A DNA stretch of 62,491 nucleotides, counting the filler. It is 4 parts of 4 records of this genome, joined end to end, with 100 filler letters (N's around TTAATTAATTAA, not from the genome) between each part and the next. Parts side by side here need not be neighbours in the genome. Positions count along the whole stretch, not along the records: positions 36,954 to 55,344 come from SRR2962707_1804; 3 more parts are not named here. One strand, given 5' to 3'. A program made the position numbers and the translations under genes. Below the pieces are notes generated by a model. That model had not been told where the DNA came from and made no database searches. It saw only the letters and a program-made list of their open reading frames with translations. Positions 39,386 through 49,705 of the stretch are shown in pieces. Within the stretch, counting starts at the first letter, position 1; every line of letters begins with the position of its first letter.

Positions 39386-40381
39386 ATGTCCCATGCGCCG
39401 ATCACATTGTCACTTGCTGTCATCCCGCTGATGACGGGCTGCTCCCTGCTGGCACCAACACCGGAACCGGCGCCACCACAAACCCACTATCATGCCCCCG
39501 TGGTCGAGGCCGTATCCGGCACGGCGGTTTCCATACCGCAACTGGCCGAGCGACTTGCGGAACAGGATGTGGTCATGATTGGCGAATATCACGGCCACCA
39601 GGGCGCTCACCTGCTCCAATCCCGCCTGCAGGCTCATCTGTACCAGCATCGCCCTGAACAGGTGTTATCCATGGAACAGTTCGAGGTGGACCGGCAGCCG
39701 GTGCTGGACCGCTACCTGGCCGGCGACATTGGCGAAATGGAACTGGTCGAGGATGCCGGCGCCTGGCCTGTCTACCAATACGCCTACAGACCGCTGGTGG
39801 AATTTGCCCGGCGCCAGGGCCTGCCGGTCATCGCCGCAAACGCACCGGGTGATATCGCTCGCTGCGTGGGACGCGAGGGGCCCAAGTATCTGGCGGACCT
39901 GAACGCAGCTCGGAAGCGCCACATCCCAGACGCGCCCTTCGCAGGCAGCGCGGCCTACCGGGAAAAATTCTTTGGCACCATGGGCGGCCGGCATGGCACC
40001 GCCGACAATGAGCGACTGCAGAACACTTATCACGCCCAGTTGCTGCGGGACAACACCATGGCAAGCCGGATACTGGCCGCACGGGAACGCCACCCCGAGC
40101 ACCAGGTCATTCACCTGACGGGCACCTTTCACAGTGAGGAGCGCCTGGGCACGGTAGAGGCCCTTTTGCAGCGAAACCCCGAGCTGTCTGTAGCGGTTAT
40201 AAGCCCGGTTTTTATGGAAGCACAGCCCGACGGTGACGAACTACCGCTCACCGGTAACCAAAACAAGGGTGACTATCTCTACTTCCTGCTTCCGCTGCCC
40301 CCGGAGTACCGGGACGAAGAACGGGGACACAAAGCGATGATGGATGCGTTCCGGAATATGCCTGAAACAACCTGTGACTAG
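39386..40381 (+). CDS. ChaN-family lipoprotein
   Basis: Lipobox MTGC, VMIGEYH, LSMEQF, YRPLVEFA, AQLLRDNTMA and GTFH. Confidence 0.85.
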   Translation: MSHAPITLSLAVIPLMTGCSLLAPTPEPAPPQTHYHAPVVEAVSGTAVSIPQLAERLAEQDVVMIGEYHGHQGAHLLQSRLQAHLYQHRPEQVLSMEQFEVDRQPVLDRYLAGDIGEMELVEDAGAWPVYQYAYRPLVEFARRQGLPVIAANAPGDIARCVGREGPKYLADLNAARKRHIPDAPFAGSAAYREKFFGTMGGRHGTADNERLQNTYHAQLLRDNTMASRILAARERHPEHQVIHLTGTFHSEERLGTVEALLQRNPELSVAVISPVFMEAQPDGDELPLTGNQNKGDYLYFLLPLPPEYRDEERGHKAMMDAFRNMPETTCD

Positions 40382-40929
40382 GCCTCACCAGTCTTTGCGA
40401 AAGCCGACCCCATAGCGCGGGAAAAAACCGCCTCGTCCGCTGCGCTGAAAAGCACGAAGCGCACATACCTAACCCTTCCCAGACGCGGCAATACCTGCCT
40501 GACCGTCGCCATGGCAACCTCTGCAGCCCCTTCTACCGGGTAACCGAAAGCCCCTGCCGAAATGGCGGGAAACGCTATGGATTCAATTGCTTTACTGTCT
40601 GCCAACTCAAGGGCATTGCGATAGCATTCCGCCAGCCAGTGATCGGAAGGTTCATCCACACCGTAAACGGGCCCCAGGCAGTGGACGACGTACTGGTTTG
40701 GCAGGTTATGCGCCCCTGAAATCACCGCCTCACCCGGGCGGATCGGTGCCATAGGCCGGCACTCTTCAGCCAGCCCTGGTCCTGCCGCCGCATGGAGCGC
40801 GCCTGCGACACCGCCCCCAGACATCAATTGGGCATTGGCGGCGTTAACGACTGCTTCCAGATCATCCTGGCGGGTGATGTCGCCACGAACGCATTCCACA
40901 GTTTTTCCGTACAGTTCAACCTGTGCCAT
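40378..40929 (-). CDS. Macrodomain ADP-ribosylhydrolase / O-acetyl-ADP-ribose deacetylase
   Basis: GDIT, VNAAN...GGGVAGA, HCLGP and FPAISAGAFGYP. Confidence 0.92.
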   Translation of the reverse strand: MAQVELYGKTVECVRGDITRQDDLEAVVNAANAQLMSGGGVAGALHAAAGPGLAEECRPMAPIRPGEAVISGAHNLPNQYVVHCLGPVYGVDEPSDHWLAECYRNALELADSKAIESIAFPAISAGAFGYPVEGAAEVAMATVRQVLPRLGRVRYVRFVLFSAADEAVFSRAMGSAFAKTGEA

Positions 40930-40950
40930 GGAAACCTCCCGGCCATTGCC

Positions 40951-41934
40951 TCAGCGTCGCCGCTTCAGCGAGCGGTTGATAATAACGGTTTCCGGCTCGC
41001 CGTGACCTGCGATGGCAGCCAGCGCCCGGTCCAGCGTTGCCTCGGCAATGGCTTCGTGTTTTTGGGGTAACGAGTGAACCTTGACCGGCAGGAAATCCAG
41101 CAGCCGGTCATCTCCGAAGGTAGCCATTCTGAGGGACTGCGGCAAGCCTCCCGGCTGCTCCAGCAGCACGTCGAGCACCCCTTGCAAGAGGGTGTACGAG
41201 GCGGTAATCAACGCATCCGGAAGCCCCTGATCCGCCAGCACCTGCTGCATCAGTCGGGCGCCGGAGGCTCGGTCATAGTGTTCACCACTGTAGACCGCCC
41301 ATTGTCCACTGCGACTCCGAGCCACCTCCTCAAAGCCCTCGCGGCGCTCCCGTGTCATCGCCAGCGCCGGCACCGCATCAAGCCAGACCACCGACCCGGT
41401 GCCCGGCTCCAGCACTGAACGGGCCAGTGTGGCTGCGCCCTTGCGATTGTCGCTGACCACGCAACTGATCACACCCGGTGATTGCGATCGGTCCACCGCG
41501 ATCACCGGCAGGTCTTCCTGCTGCAACTCTTGGTAGAAGGGGTCATTCGGTGGCAGGGCACTCGCAACAATCAGGGCATCGCATCGCCTTGCCTTGAGAG
41601 AACGTGCCAGCTCGCGCTCGGTATCCGGGTCATCCCCGGAGCCGGCAATCAGCAATTGATAGCCCCGGGCACGGGCACCCTGCTCCAGCAATTTGGCCAG
41701 GCGGGCGTAACTGGCGTTCTCCAGGTCCGGCAGGATAAACCCCAGGGTGCGGCTGGCCCCACCACGCAGCGACGCGGCTTGCGGGTCGATCTGGAAGTGG
41801 TTGTCCCGTGCAACTGCCATCACCTTTTCGATAGTCGCCGGCTTAATCCGGCGGGCCGGCCCCTGGCCATTGATCACGTAGCTGGCGGTGGTGCGGGACA
41901 CCCCCGCCAGGCGGGCAAGTTCTGCAAGGGTCAT
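40951..41934 (-). CDS. cra: Catabolite repressor/activator (LacI family)
   Basis: LacI HTH MTLAELARLAGVSRTTASYVING, PDLENASY and ATFGD. Divergent from fruBKA. Confidence 0.9.
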   Translation of the reverse strand: MTLAELARLAGVSRTTASYVINGQGPARRIKPATIEKVMAVARDNHFQIDPQAASLRGGASRTLGFILPDLENASYARLAKLLEQGARARGYQLLIAGSGDDPDTERELARSLKARRCDALIVASALPPNDPFYQELQQEDLPVIAVDRSQSPGVISCVVSDNRKGAATLARSVLEPGTGSVVWLDAVPALAMTRERREGFEEVARSRSGQWAVYSGEHYDRASGARLMQQVLADQGLPDALITASYTLLQGVLDVLLEQPGGLPQSLRMATFGDDRLLDFLPVKVHSLPQKHEAIAEATLDRALAAIAGHGEPETVIINRSLKRRR

Positions 41935-42005
41935 GGGGCCGAGTCCTCCTGGGCACAGATTGCTTGATTTCTGATCATATCTGTTTCATGATTCATTCTA
42001 TGTTT

Positions 42006-42021
42006 GCTGACACGATTCAGC
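42006..42021. promoter_or_regulatory. Cra/FruR operator
   Basis: GCTGACACGATTCAGC, a near match to GCTGAAACGTTTCAGC. Confidence 0.75.
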
Positions 42022-42068
42022 AACCCAGATTTTACTGGTATTCACAACAACAAGGCGAGGCTCCCCAC

Positions 42069-44897
42069 ATGCTGACGCTAACAGCCAATGATATCCGCCT
42101 GGGCTGCACTGCAACCGACTGGCGGGATGCCCTGAACCAGGCCAGCCAGGAACTGCAGGATGCAGGCCGGACCACTCCCGACTACCACGCGGGCATGCTG
42201 GCCAGGGAGCAACAGTCCTCCACCGTCCTTGGCAACGGCATTGCCATCCCCCACGGCACACCGGAAAGCCGCGAGGCGGTCACCAGCACCGGCATCCGCG
42301 TGCTGCAGTTTCCCGGCGGCGTTACCTGGCATGACAACGCCACTGTGCATGTGTTGGTCGCCATTGCGGCCCAGTCGGATGAGCATCTGGATATCCTGCG
42401 CCACCTGACCCGCGTACTGGACAAACCCGGCCTGTCGCAGAAACTGGCCGAGGCCGATGACACCGAGGCGCTGGTATCCCTATTGTCGAAGGAGCCAGTG
42501 GTGCCAAAATGCGACGCTCAGACCCTGTGCCTGGGCGTTAACACCCGGGCCACCAGCGAACTGGCCATCAGCGCTGCGGCCAGGCTGCAGGGGCTGGGCT
42601 GTGTCGACGCCGGCTTTATGAAGGAAATTGTCAGCCAGCCACCCGTCGGTCTGGGCCAGGGGTTTTGGCTGGTTCACCACAGCGTTGGCAGTATCCGACC
42701 TGCGCTGGCACTGGCAACCCCCAAAGAACCCCGCGACGACATCGCTGGCGTTTTCTGCCTGGCGGGCCCTGGCGACGACTGCCGCGAATTGCTGGAACGT
42801 ATCGATAATTTCCTGGCCCAGAACATCCCTCTGGAAAGCCAGTCCGTGGATGCTGTACTTTCCCGGCTTTCCGGTGAGCAGGCCAATGCGGTCAGCGACC
42901 GGGTGCGCCTGCTGAATACCCATGGCCTACACGCCCGGCCCGCCAAACAACTGGTACAGGAAGCCCGTCAGCACAAGGCAGACATTCGCATCCGCCTGGA
43001 GGACGGCGATGGCAACTCGGTATCGGCGACCAGTCTCACCCGGATCATCGGCCTCGGTGCCCGCAGGGGGCAAACCCTGATCATATCCGCAACCGGCGAC
43101 GATGCGGAACAGGCGGTAGAAGCCGTTTGCCAGGCCATCAATGACGGGCTCGGAGAAACCGTCTCCCCGCTTCGACAACAACAGAGCCAGCCGGCGCCTG
43201 CCGAGCCGGAACCCGAACCTCTGACCGATGACGAACCCCTGAAAGCGGTCGCCGCCTCACCGGGCCTGGCTCTGGCACCCGCCTTCGTCATGCGCCAGCC
43301 AACATTGGACTACCCCGCCACCGCCAACGATGCCGGTGAACAGACAAGCCGACTGGGCCGGGCCATCGACGAAGCCGACGGACAACTGCGCACGCTGATT
43401 CGCCAGGCCGAAGGCGGTGAGGCAGCGCCGATTCTGTCGGTGCATGTGGAAATGCTACAGGATGACGATCTCTACCAGGCCGCCCTGGAAGCCATTAACG
43501 AAGGCGCGTCCGCCGAAGCCGGCTGGTGGCACGCCATCGATACCGCAGCCCGGGCCCAGGAAGCACTGGCGGACCGGCTGCTGGCCGAACGGGCGGCAGA
43601 TTTGCGGGATGTTGGCCGGCGCGTGCTGGCCAACCTCTGCGGGGTGGCCATGCCGACACCGCCGGACGAACCCTATGTACTGGTGGCGGACGACCTGGGC
43701 CCTTCCGATGTGGCAAGGCTGGACACCCAGCGCGTTCGCGGCCTGATCACAGCCCGTGGTGGCGCCACATCCCACAGCGCCATCCTGGCTCGGGCGCTGG
43801 GGCTTCCTGCCGTGGTCGGGGCTGGTGATCGAATCCTGACCATCAGCAACGGAACGGACCTGGTGGTCGACGGCGAACGCGGCTGCCTCGTGCCCAACCC
43901 CGGCGCCGAACGCCGTGACCGCATTGACCGCCGCCTGGACCAACTCACCCGCCTGCAGGCGGACGCCTACGAGTGCCGGAACGAGCCAGCCACCACCACC
44001 GACGGCCACACCATCGACGTATGCGCCAACCTTGGCAACACGGCCCACACCCCGGATGCCGTCGACCGGGGCGCCGATGGCATTGGTCTGCTGCGCACCG
44101 AGTTCATTTTCATGGAACACCCGGACGCGCCTGACCTGGACACCCAGGTGAAGGAGTATCGCCATGCCTTCGACGCCCTCAACGGCCTGCCACTGGTCGC
44201 ACGCACCCTCGATGTGGGTGGCGACAAGCCACTGGATTACTGGCCCCTTCCCCATGAGGACAACCCCTTCCTTGGGCTGCGCGGTATTCGCCTGTCACTG
44301 ACGCGACCGGAGATTCTCGAAACCCAGGTGCGCGCGCTGCTGACGGCTGCCGACAACCGCCCACTGCGAATCATGTTTCCCATGGTCAAAGACCTGGAAG
44401 AGTTTCGCGCGGCCAAGGCCATCGTCGAACGGGTCCGAGCCGAGATTCCCTGCCAGGGCCTGCAGGTGGGCGTGATGATTGAAGTACCTTCCTGTGCCCT
44501 GCTGGCCCACACCCTGGCACCGGAAGTGGATTTCTTCTCGGTAGGCACCAATGACCTCACCCAGTACACCCTGGCCATCGACCGTGGCCACGGCCAGCTT
44601 TCGGCCGAGTCCGACGGGTTGCACCCCTCGGTACTGCAACTGATCCGCATGACCGTCGAAGCCGCCCATGCTCACCAACGCTGGGTGGGTATCTGTGGCG
44701 AGCTCGCCTCCGACCCACAGGCTATTCCGGTATTGCTGGGCCTGGATGTGGACGAGCTGTCGGTGACCAGCCGGCGAGTGCCCCTGGTCAAAGCCTGTAT
44801 CCGCGGGCTTAGCCGCGAACACGCCCGTGAACAGGCGAAACTGGCGCTGGGCAAGGCCACCGCAGCCGAAGTGCGCGACGCCCTGGAGACACTGTAA
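42069..44897 (+). CDS. fruB: Fructose PTS multiphosphoryl transfer protein (EIIA-HPr-EI)
   Basis: IAIPHG (EIIA), GLHARPA (HPr), TSHSAILAR, GLLRTEF and SVGTNDL (EI). Confidence 0.93.
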   Translation: MLTLTANDIRLGCTATDWRDALNQASQELQDAGRTTPDYHAGMLAREQQSSTVLGNGIAIPHGTPESREAVTSTGIRVLQFPGGVTWHDNATVHVLVAIAAQSDEHLDILRHLTRVLDKPGLSQKLAEADDTEALVSLLSKEPVVPKCDAQTLCLGVNTRATSELAISAAARLQGLGCVDAGFMKEIVSQPPVGLGQGFWLVHHSVGSIRPALALATPKEPRDDIAGVFCLAGPGDDCRELLERIDNFLAQNIPLESQSVDAVLSRLSGEQANAVSDRVRLLNTHGLHARPAKQLVQEARQHKADIRIRLEDGDGNSVSATSLTRIIGLGARRGQTLIISATGDDAEQAVEAVCQAINDGLGETVSPLRQQQSQPAPAEPEPEPLTDDEPLKAVAASPGLALAPAFVMRQPTLDYPATANDAGEQTSRLGRAIDEADGQLRTLIRQAEGGEAAPILSVHVEMLQDDDLYQAALEAINEGASAEAGWWHAIDTAARAQEALADRLLAERAADLRDVGRRVLANLCGVAMPTPPDEPYVLVADDLGPSDVARLDTQRVRGLITARGGATSHSAILARALGLPAVVGAGDRILTISNGTDLVVDGERGCLVPNPGAERRDRIDRRLDQLTRLQADAYECRNEPATTTDGHTIDVCANLGNTAHTPDAVDRGADGIGLLRTEFIFMEHPDAPDLDTQVKEYRHAFDALNGLPLVARTLDVGGDKPLDYWPLPHEDNPFLGLRGIRLSLTRPEILETQVRALLTAADNRPLRIMFPMVKDLEEFRAAKAIVERVRAEIPCQGLQVGVMIEVPSCALLAHTLAPEVDFFSVGTNDLTQYTLAIDRGHGQLSAESDGLHPSVLQLIRMTVEAAHAHQRWVGICGELASDPQAIPVLLGLDVDELSVTSRRVPLVKACIRGLSREHAREQAKLALGKATAAEVRDALETL

Positions 44898-45889
44898 TGG
44901 CCCGGGTACTCACCATCACCCTGAACCCGGCGCTGGACCTAAATGCCGAGACCGACTCAATCCGGCTGGGTAACGTGAACCGCTCTCGGTCCACACGCCT
45001 GGAAGCTGCCGGCAAAGGCATTAACCTGGGCCGTGTGCTGTCACGCCTCGGCCATACCGTGACCGTGTCCGGACTGCTGGGAGACATCAACGCCGCGCCC
45101 TTCGACCGCCTGTTCTCGTCTGACATCCTGGCAGACCACTTTGTCCGCATCCCCGGGCAGAATCGCATCAACGTGAAAATTGCCGAGGGCGATGGTCGTG
45201 TGACCGATCTGAACGGGCCCGGATTTGACGTACCCGCAGATGCCCTGGACCGATTAAAGACACGCCTGGGTAACTTGAAGAACAGGTTCGATGCCGTTGC
45301 CATTGCTGGCAGCCTGCCCGGCGGCTTTCCGCCCGAGGCACTGGCGGAACTGGTCACCCTGGCTCGCGAAGCAGACATCCCGGTGTGGCTGGATACCAGC
45401 GGCGCAGGCCTCACAGCCGGGCTTAAGGCGCTGCCAGACGGCATCAAGCCCAATACGGAAGAGCTGGCCGAATGGGCCGGGCACCCTTTGGAGAGCCTGG
45501 ACGCCATCGCCGAGGCAGGTCGCTCACTTCAGGCCACCGGCATCGCCAATGTGGTGATTTCCATGGGCGAAAAAGGCGTGCTCTGGCTGTCGCCGAAGGG
45601 TAACTGGCAAGCGTTGCCACCGCCCGTGACCGCCACGAGCACGGTCTGCGCCGGCGACACTTTGCTGGCCGGAATGATTCACGGCTTGCTCGAACATCAT
45701 CACCCGGAACAGGTGCTGTCAACCGCCACCGCGCTGTCGGCCGAGTGCGTTCGACACATTGGCGTTGGCGATCCAATGGCCGACGACTTTATCCAACTGA
45801 TTCAGCAAACCCGCGTCACTCTCTTCACCTCCTTCACCTCCGTCACCCCCTGGCCCGGGCACAACAACAATGGGGAGATACCATCATGA
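44897..45889 (+). CDS. fruK: 1-phosphofructokinase
   Basis: TLNPALD, GKGIN, IKPNTEEL and STVCAGD. Confidence 0.93.
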   Translation: MARVLTITLNPALDLNAETDSIRLGNVNRSRSTRLEAAGKGINLGRVLSRLGHTVTVSGLLGDINAAPFDRLFSSDILADHFVRIPGQNRINVKIAEGDGRVTDLNGPGFDVPADALDRLKTRLGNLKNRFDAVAIAGSLPGGFPPEALAELVTLAREADIPVWLDTSGAGLTAGLKALPDGIKPNTEELAEWAGHPLESLDAIAEAGRSLQATGIANVVISMGEKGVLWLSPKGNWQALPPPVTATSTVCAGDTLLAGMIHGLLEHHHPEQVLSTATALSAECVRHIGVGDPMADDFIQLIQQTRVTLFTSFTSVTPWPGHNNNGEIPS

Positions 45890-47625
45890 AACTGATCATC
45901 GTTACCGCCTGCCCTCAGGGAGTTGCCACCAGCTTCTTGGCAGCCCGAGCCCTGGAACGGGCCGCGCAGCAAAAGGGCTGGGAAGCCAGAACAGACATTC
46001 GCAGCCCGCAGCAGCCACTGTCGTCCCTGCCCGAGGATGTCATCGAATCGTCGGATCTGGTCATCGCCGCAACCGGCACACCAACCGACCTGAATGCCTA
46101 CGCTGGAAAGCACCTGTACCAGATCCCGGTAACGGCGGCGTTGCCCGACCCGGCAGCGGTACTGGAGCAGGCGAAAAAACAGGCCGAGCCCTACCAACCC
46201 TCGGCAGTAACGCAACCAGAACCCGTAGCCGCCGGTGCCGCCGGCAAACGCATTGTTGCGGTCACCGCCTGCCCCACCGGTGTTGCCCACACTTTTATGG
46301 CGGCAGAAGCCCTGACCGCCGCCGCGACCGCTGCTGGCCATCAGATCCGCGTGGAAACCCAGGGCTCCGTGGGCGCCCAGGATCCACTGACCGCTGAGGA
46401 AATCGAGGCGGCGGATCTGGTGATCCTGGCCTGTGATATCGAAGTCGACCCCAGCCGTTTTGCCGGCAAGCGCCTTTGGCGCACGTCCACCGGCAGCGCC
46501 CTGAAAAAACCGGGGCCCACCATTGATGACGCCATGACCAATGCCTCTGTCGAGGAAGGCCAGAAAAAAGCGACCTCAGGAGGTGGTGGCGAGAAACGCG
46601 GCCCCTACAAGCATTTGCTGACGGGCGTATCCTTCATGCTGCCCATGGTGGTGGCCGGCGGCCTGCTGATCGCCCTGTCATTCGTGTTCGGCATTGACGC
46701 ATTCGAAGAGGAAGGCACCCTGGCAGCCGCGCTGATGCAGATCGGCGGCGGCACCGCCTTCCAGTTGATGATTCCCCTGTTGGCCGGCTATATCGCCTGG
46801 TCCATCGCCGACCGGCCGGGCCTGGCGCCGGGAATGATTGGCGGCTACCTGGCCAGCACCCTTGGCGCAGGCTTCCTGGGCGGCATCATCGCGGGCTTCC
46901 TGGCGGGCTACGTCGCCCGTTTCATCAGCCAGAAGCTGCCAATGCCCGAGAGCATCGAATCCCTCAAACCCATCCTGATCATTCCGCTGCTGGCCAGCCT
47001 GGTCACCGGCCTGGCCATGATCTACGTGATCGGCGAACCCGCCGCCGCCCTGATGGATGGGCTGACCAACTTCCTGGAAGGCATGGGCACCACCAACGCC
47101 ATCCTGCTGGGCGGTATTCTCGGAGCCATGATGTGCTTTGACCTGGGTGGGCCGGTGAACAAGGCCGCCTATACCTTCGGTGTCGGTTTACTCTCGGAAG
47201 GCAGCGGTGGTTCGGCCCCCATGGCGGCGATCATGGCCGCGGGCATGGTGCCCGCCATCGGCATGGGTGTGGCGAGCTTTATTGCCCGCGCCAAGTTTGC
47301 AGAGGCCGAACGGCAGGCCGGGCGGGCCTCCTTCGTACTGGGGCTGTGCTTTATCTCCGAAGGTGCGATCCCCTTCATGGCCAAAGACCCACTGCGCGTG
47401 ATTCCGGTGTGCATGGTGGGGGGCGCCATCACGGGCGCCCTGTCCATGCTGTTCACTGTCAAGCTCATGGCACCCCATGGCGGTCTGTTCGTGCTCGCCA
47501 TTCCCAACGCGGTAAGCACAGTACTGCCCTATGTGGCCGCCATTGCCATCGGTTCGCTGGTAATCGGGTTTGGCTACGCCATGATCAAGACCGGCAAGGC
47601 CGAGGTGGCAACCGCCTCTTCTTAG
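45886..47625 (+). CDS. fruA: PTS fructose EIIB'BC
   Basis: TACPTGVAHTFMAAE, HLLTGVSFMLP, FDLGGPVNK and ISEGAIPF. Confidence 0.94.
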   Translation: MKLIIVTACPQGVATSFLAARALERAAQQKGWEARTDIRSPQQPLSSLPEDVIESSDLVIAATGTPTDLNAYAGKHLYQIPVTAALPDPAAVLEQAKKQAEPYQPSAVTQPEPVAAGAAGKRIVAVTACPTGVAHTFMAAEALTAAATAAGHQIRVETQGSVGAQDPLTAEEIEAADLVILACDIEVDPSRFAGKRLWRTSTGSALKKPGPTIDDAMTNASVEEGQKKATSGGGGEKRGPYKHLLTGVSFMLPMVVAGGLLIALSFVFGIDAFEEEGTLAAALMQIGGGTAFQLMIPLLAGYIAWSIADRPGLAPGMIGGYLASTLGAGFLGGIIAGFLAGYVARFISQKLPMPESIESLKPILIIPLLASLVTGLAMIYVIGEPAAALMDGLTNFLEGMGTTNAILLGGILGAMMCFDLGGPVNKAAYTFGVGLLSEGSGGSAPMAAIMAAGMVPAIGMGVASFIARAKFAEAERQAGRASFVLGLCFISEGAIPFMAKDPLRVIPVCMVGGAITGALSMLFTVKLMAPHGGLFVLAIPNAVSTVLPYVAAIAIGSLVIGFGYAMIKTGKAEVATASS

Positions 47626-47707
47626 CAGACCTCCCCTCCGGGGGCGCTTGACGCCCCCGGTATTTGCGGCGATGGTATCCGCCAGATCCACACACAAGGA
47701 CGCCGTG

Positions 47708-48415
47708 ATGAAAATTCTGTCTGCCCTGATCCTGGCGATTGCCGCCATTGTTTCCGCATCGCTCATCGCCGATGGCCTGACCGGGCTGCGTACCGGAGAC
47801 CGGTTCGTCACCGTCAAGGGCGTTGCGGAACGGGAGGTGCAGGCAGACCTGGCACTCTGGCCCCTGCGTTTCGTCGCTACCGGCAACAGCCTGGACGAAG
47901 CCCGCGAGAAGGCCCGCAGCAGCCGCGAAGCCATTATGGCCTTCCTCAAGCTGCAAGCCATCGACACAGACGCAGTGGAACTGCAACGCCTGGACGTTAC
48001 GGACACCCGCGCCAATCCCTACCAGGAAAGCAACGGCCAGAAGTTCATCATCAACCAGACCCTGATGGTTCGCAGCGACGACATCGATCGCATTCGCCAG
48101 GCCGCGCAGTCTGTCAGTGAACTGGTGGATTCCGGCGTCATTCTGTCATCCGATTATGGCCCAGGCGGGCCGACTTACCTGTTTAACCGGTTGAACGACA
48201 TCAAACCCGAGATGATTGCCGAGGCCACCGCCGCCGCCCGCGAGGCCGCCGCACAGTTTGCCAGGGATGCAAAAACTGAATTGGGGAACCTGCGCCGCGC
48301 CAATCAGGGCGTGTTCCAGATCCTGGCCCGAGACCAGGCACCAGGCGTCAGCGAAGGCCAACAGCCGATTAAAACCGTCCGGGTGGTGACCACCGTGGAG
48401 TACTATCTTAAATAG
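47708..48415 (+). CDS. SIMPL (DUF541) periplasmic protein
   Basis: VTVKGVAEREVQAD, KPEMIAEAT, RRANQG and KTVRVV. Confidence 0.85.
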   Translation: MKILSALILAIAAIVSASLIADGLTGLRTGDRFVTVKGVAEREVQADLALWPLRFVATGNSLDEAREKARSSREAIMAFLKLQAIDTDAVELQRLDVTDTRANPYQESNGQKFIINQTLMVRSDDIDRIRQAAQSVSELVDSGVILSSDYGPGGPTYLFNRLNDIKPEMIAEATAAAREAAAQFARDAKTELGNLRRANQGVFQILARDQAPGVSEGQQPIKTVRVVTTVEYYLK

Positions 48416-48429
48416 GCAGTCGCCACCGG

Positions 48430-49503
48430 CTACTGGGTCTGCACCATTTCATCGGTAACCTGATAGCGGCCGGCCAGCCAATGCAGGATCTCCCTGGCGG
48501 CCGGGTGATCAAAGCGGCCATAACATTCCGTCAGCGCCTGATGGCGTTCGGTACTGAGCCTGTGCAAGCCGGCATCCTGCAACAGGAGCAGATCGGCCTG
48601 TACCTGCTGCGCCAACTCTTTGCCCAACACTTCCTCGGCGGCCAGTTGGAAGGCCTTGCCATACTGGTAGCCGGGCCCCTGTTCGTAGCTACGGGCCAGG
48701 GTGATGGCCGGAATCGCAGTGAGCGTTGGCTGTAACGCGGGATTAATGGCGTGGCCCGAGAGGTACGGGCCGTTGGCCGCCGGCCGGCCGGTGAATGCCC
48801 GCAGGTGAAGATGCCGGGACATACGATCACCGTCGTTCACCGGGTAGTTATCCCACAGCACCGGCTTGCGCCCCAGCGCTTCTGAAACACGCTGCAGGTG
48901 GCCCGGCGATATCTCCCGCGAACACACCTCCTCGCCCGTCCAGAACACCTGCACTGACGGGTCCAGTGCCTTGCCTAGATCTTCCAGGTAATGCTCGGGA
49001 CGAGGACCAAACACCCGGTCCAGCACCGGATCATCGGAGTAGTAGCTGGGGCAGACGGTCAGTTGGTCCGCTGTACTGCGTTCTGCCACCCAGTGAATGA
49101 TCTCCGCCTGTCGGGCCGCCAGTTCCGGTGTATCGCTTTTCATGTCATCAAACAGGATCGCCAGATCGGTGATACCCAACTGATCAAACGCTGCCAGTTT
49201 TTGCGTCAGCGCGGTTTTCGCCGAGCCATCGAAATTGTTGAACACCTCGAACGGGCTCAGGCCAATGCCGAACCGGACTCCGTGACTGCCACAAAACCGG
49301 GCGAAATCGGCCAGCTCATCGGCCTCCGCTTGTGGATGCGGCTCGTTCCACTGGCGCCGGAGAAAAGCATCCGCCTTGGGTGCGTACCAATAGTTCCGAT
49401 AACCATGGGGAGCCAGTGCCGCAACCAGCTGCCGACGCTCTTCCCAGCTCCACAAAGGACCATAGAAGCCTTCGATGATTCCCAGTGGGGGTTGCTCTGC
49501 CAT
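48430..49503 (-). CDS. GH84 beta-N-acetylglucosaminidase (O-GlcNAcase-like)
   Basis: GIIEGFYG, YAPKAD, LFDD catalytic pair, CPSYY, FWTG and WDNYPVND. Confidence 0.88.
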   Translation of the reverse strand: MAEQPPLGIIEGFYGPLWSWEERRQLVAALAPHGYRNYWYAPKADAFLRRQWNEPHPQAEADELADFARFCGSHGVRFGIGLSPFEVFNNFDGSAKTALTQKLAAFDQLGITDLAILFDDMKSDTPELAARQAEIIHWVAERSTADQLTVCPSYYSDDPVLDRVFGPRPEHYLEDLGKALDPSVQVFWTGEEVCSREISPGHLQRVSEALGRKPVLWDNYPVNDGDRMSRHLHLRAFTGRPAANGPYLSGHAINPALQPTLTAIPAITLARSYEQGPGYQYGKAFQLAAEEVLGKELAQQVQADLLLLQDAGLHRLSTERHQALTECYGRFDHPAAREILHWLAGRYQVTDEMVQTQ

Positions 49504-49620
49504 GGGCGTTTCCATTTCGCGAGTACACAGATGGTTTACCGTCCAGAGGGTATCTCATCAGGCCGTGGGGGTCACCGGACAAGTTTAGCAATGTCGGCTA
49601 GACTTCTCGTACTGATGATG

Positions 49621-49660
49621 TAGTGATGAGTAGTGATGAGTAGTGATGAGCAGTGACGAT
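49621..49660. repeat. 10-bp tandem repeat (TAGTGATGAG)x3 plus one degenerate unit
   Basis: Seen directly, in a divergent intergenic region. Confidence 0.9.
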
Positions 49661-49705
49661 TCACATCCGCTCTCCGATTACCCATGTGGATAAGGAGCCT
49701 GGCAA

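Noticed and set aside
40378-40929. Macrodomain as a DarG/Thoeris-type defence component
   Set aside because: Stand-alone YmdB-like protein with no DarT, TIR or SIR2 partner nearby.
43455-44255. Long antisense ORFs (also 51707-52495, 55779-56522, 47188-48015)
   Set aside because: These are shadows of well-supported genes in GC-rich DNA with no recognisable motifs.
49613-49660. CRISPR array
   Set aside because: Contiguous 10-bp units with no spacers and no cas genes in the window.
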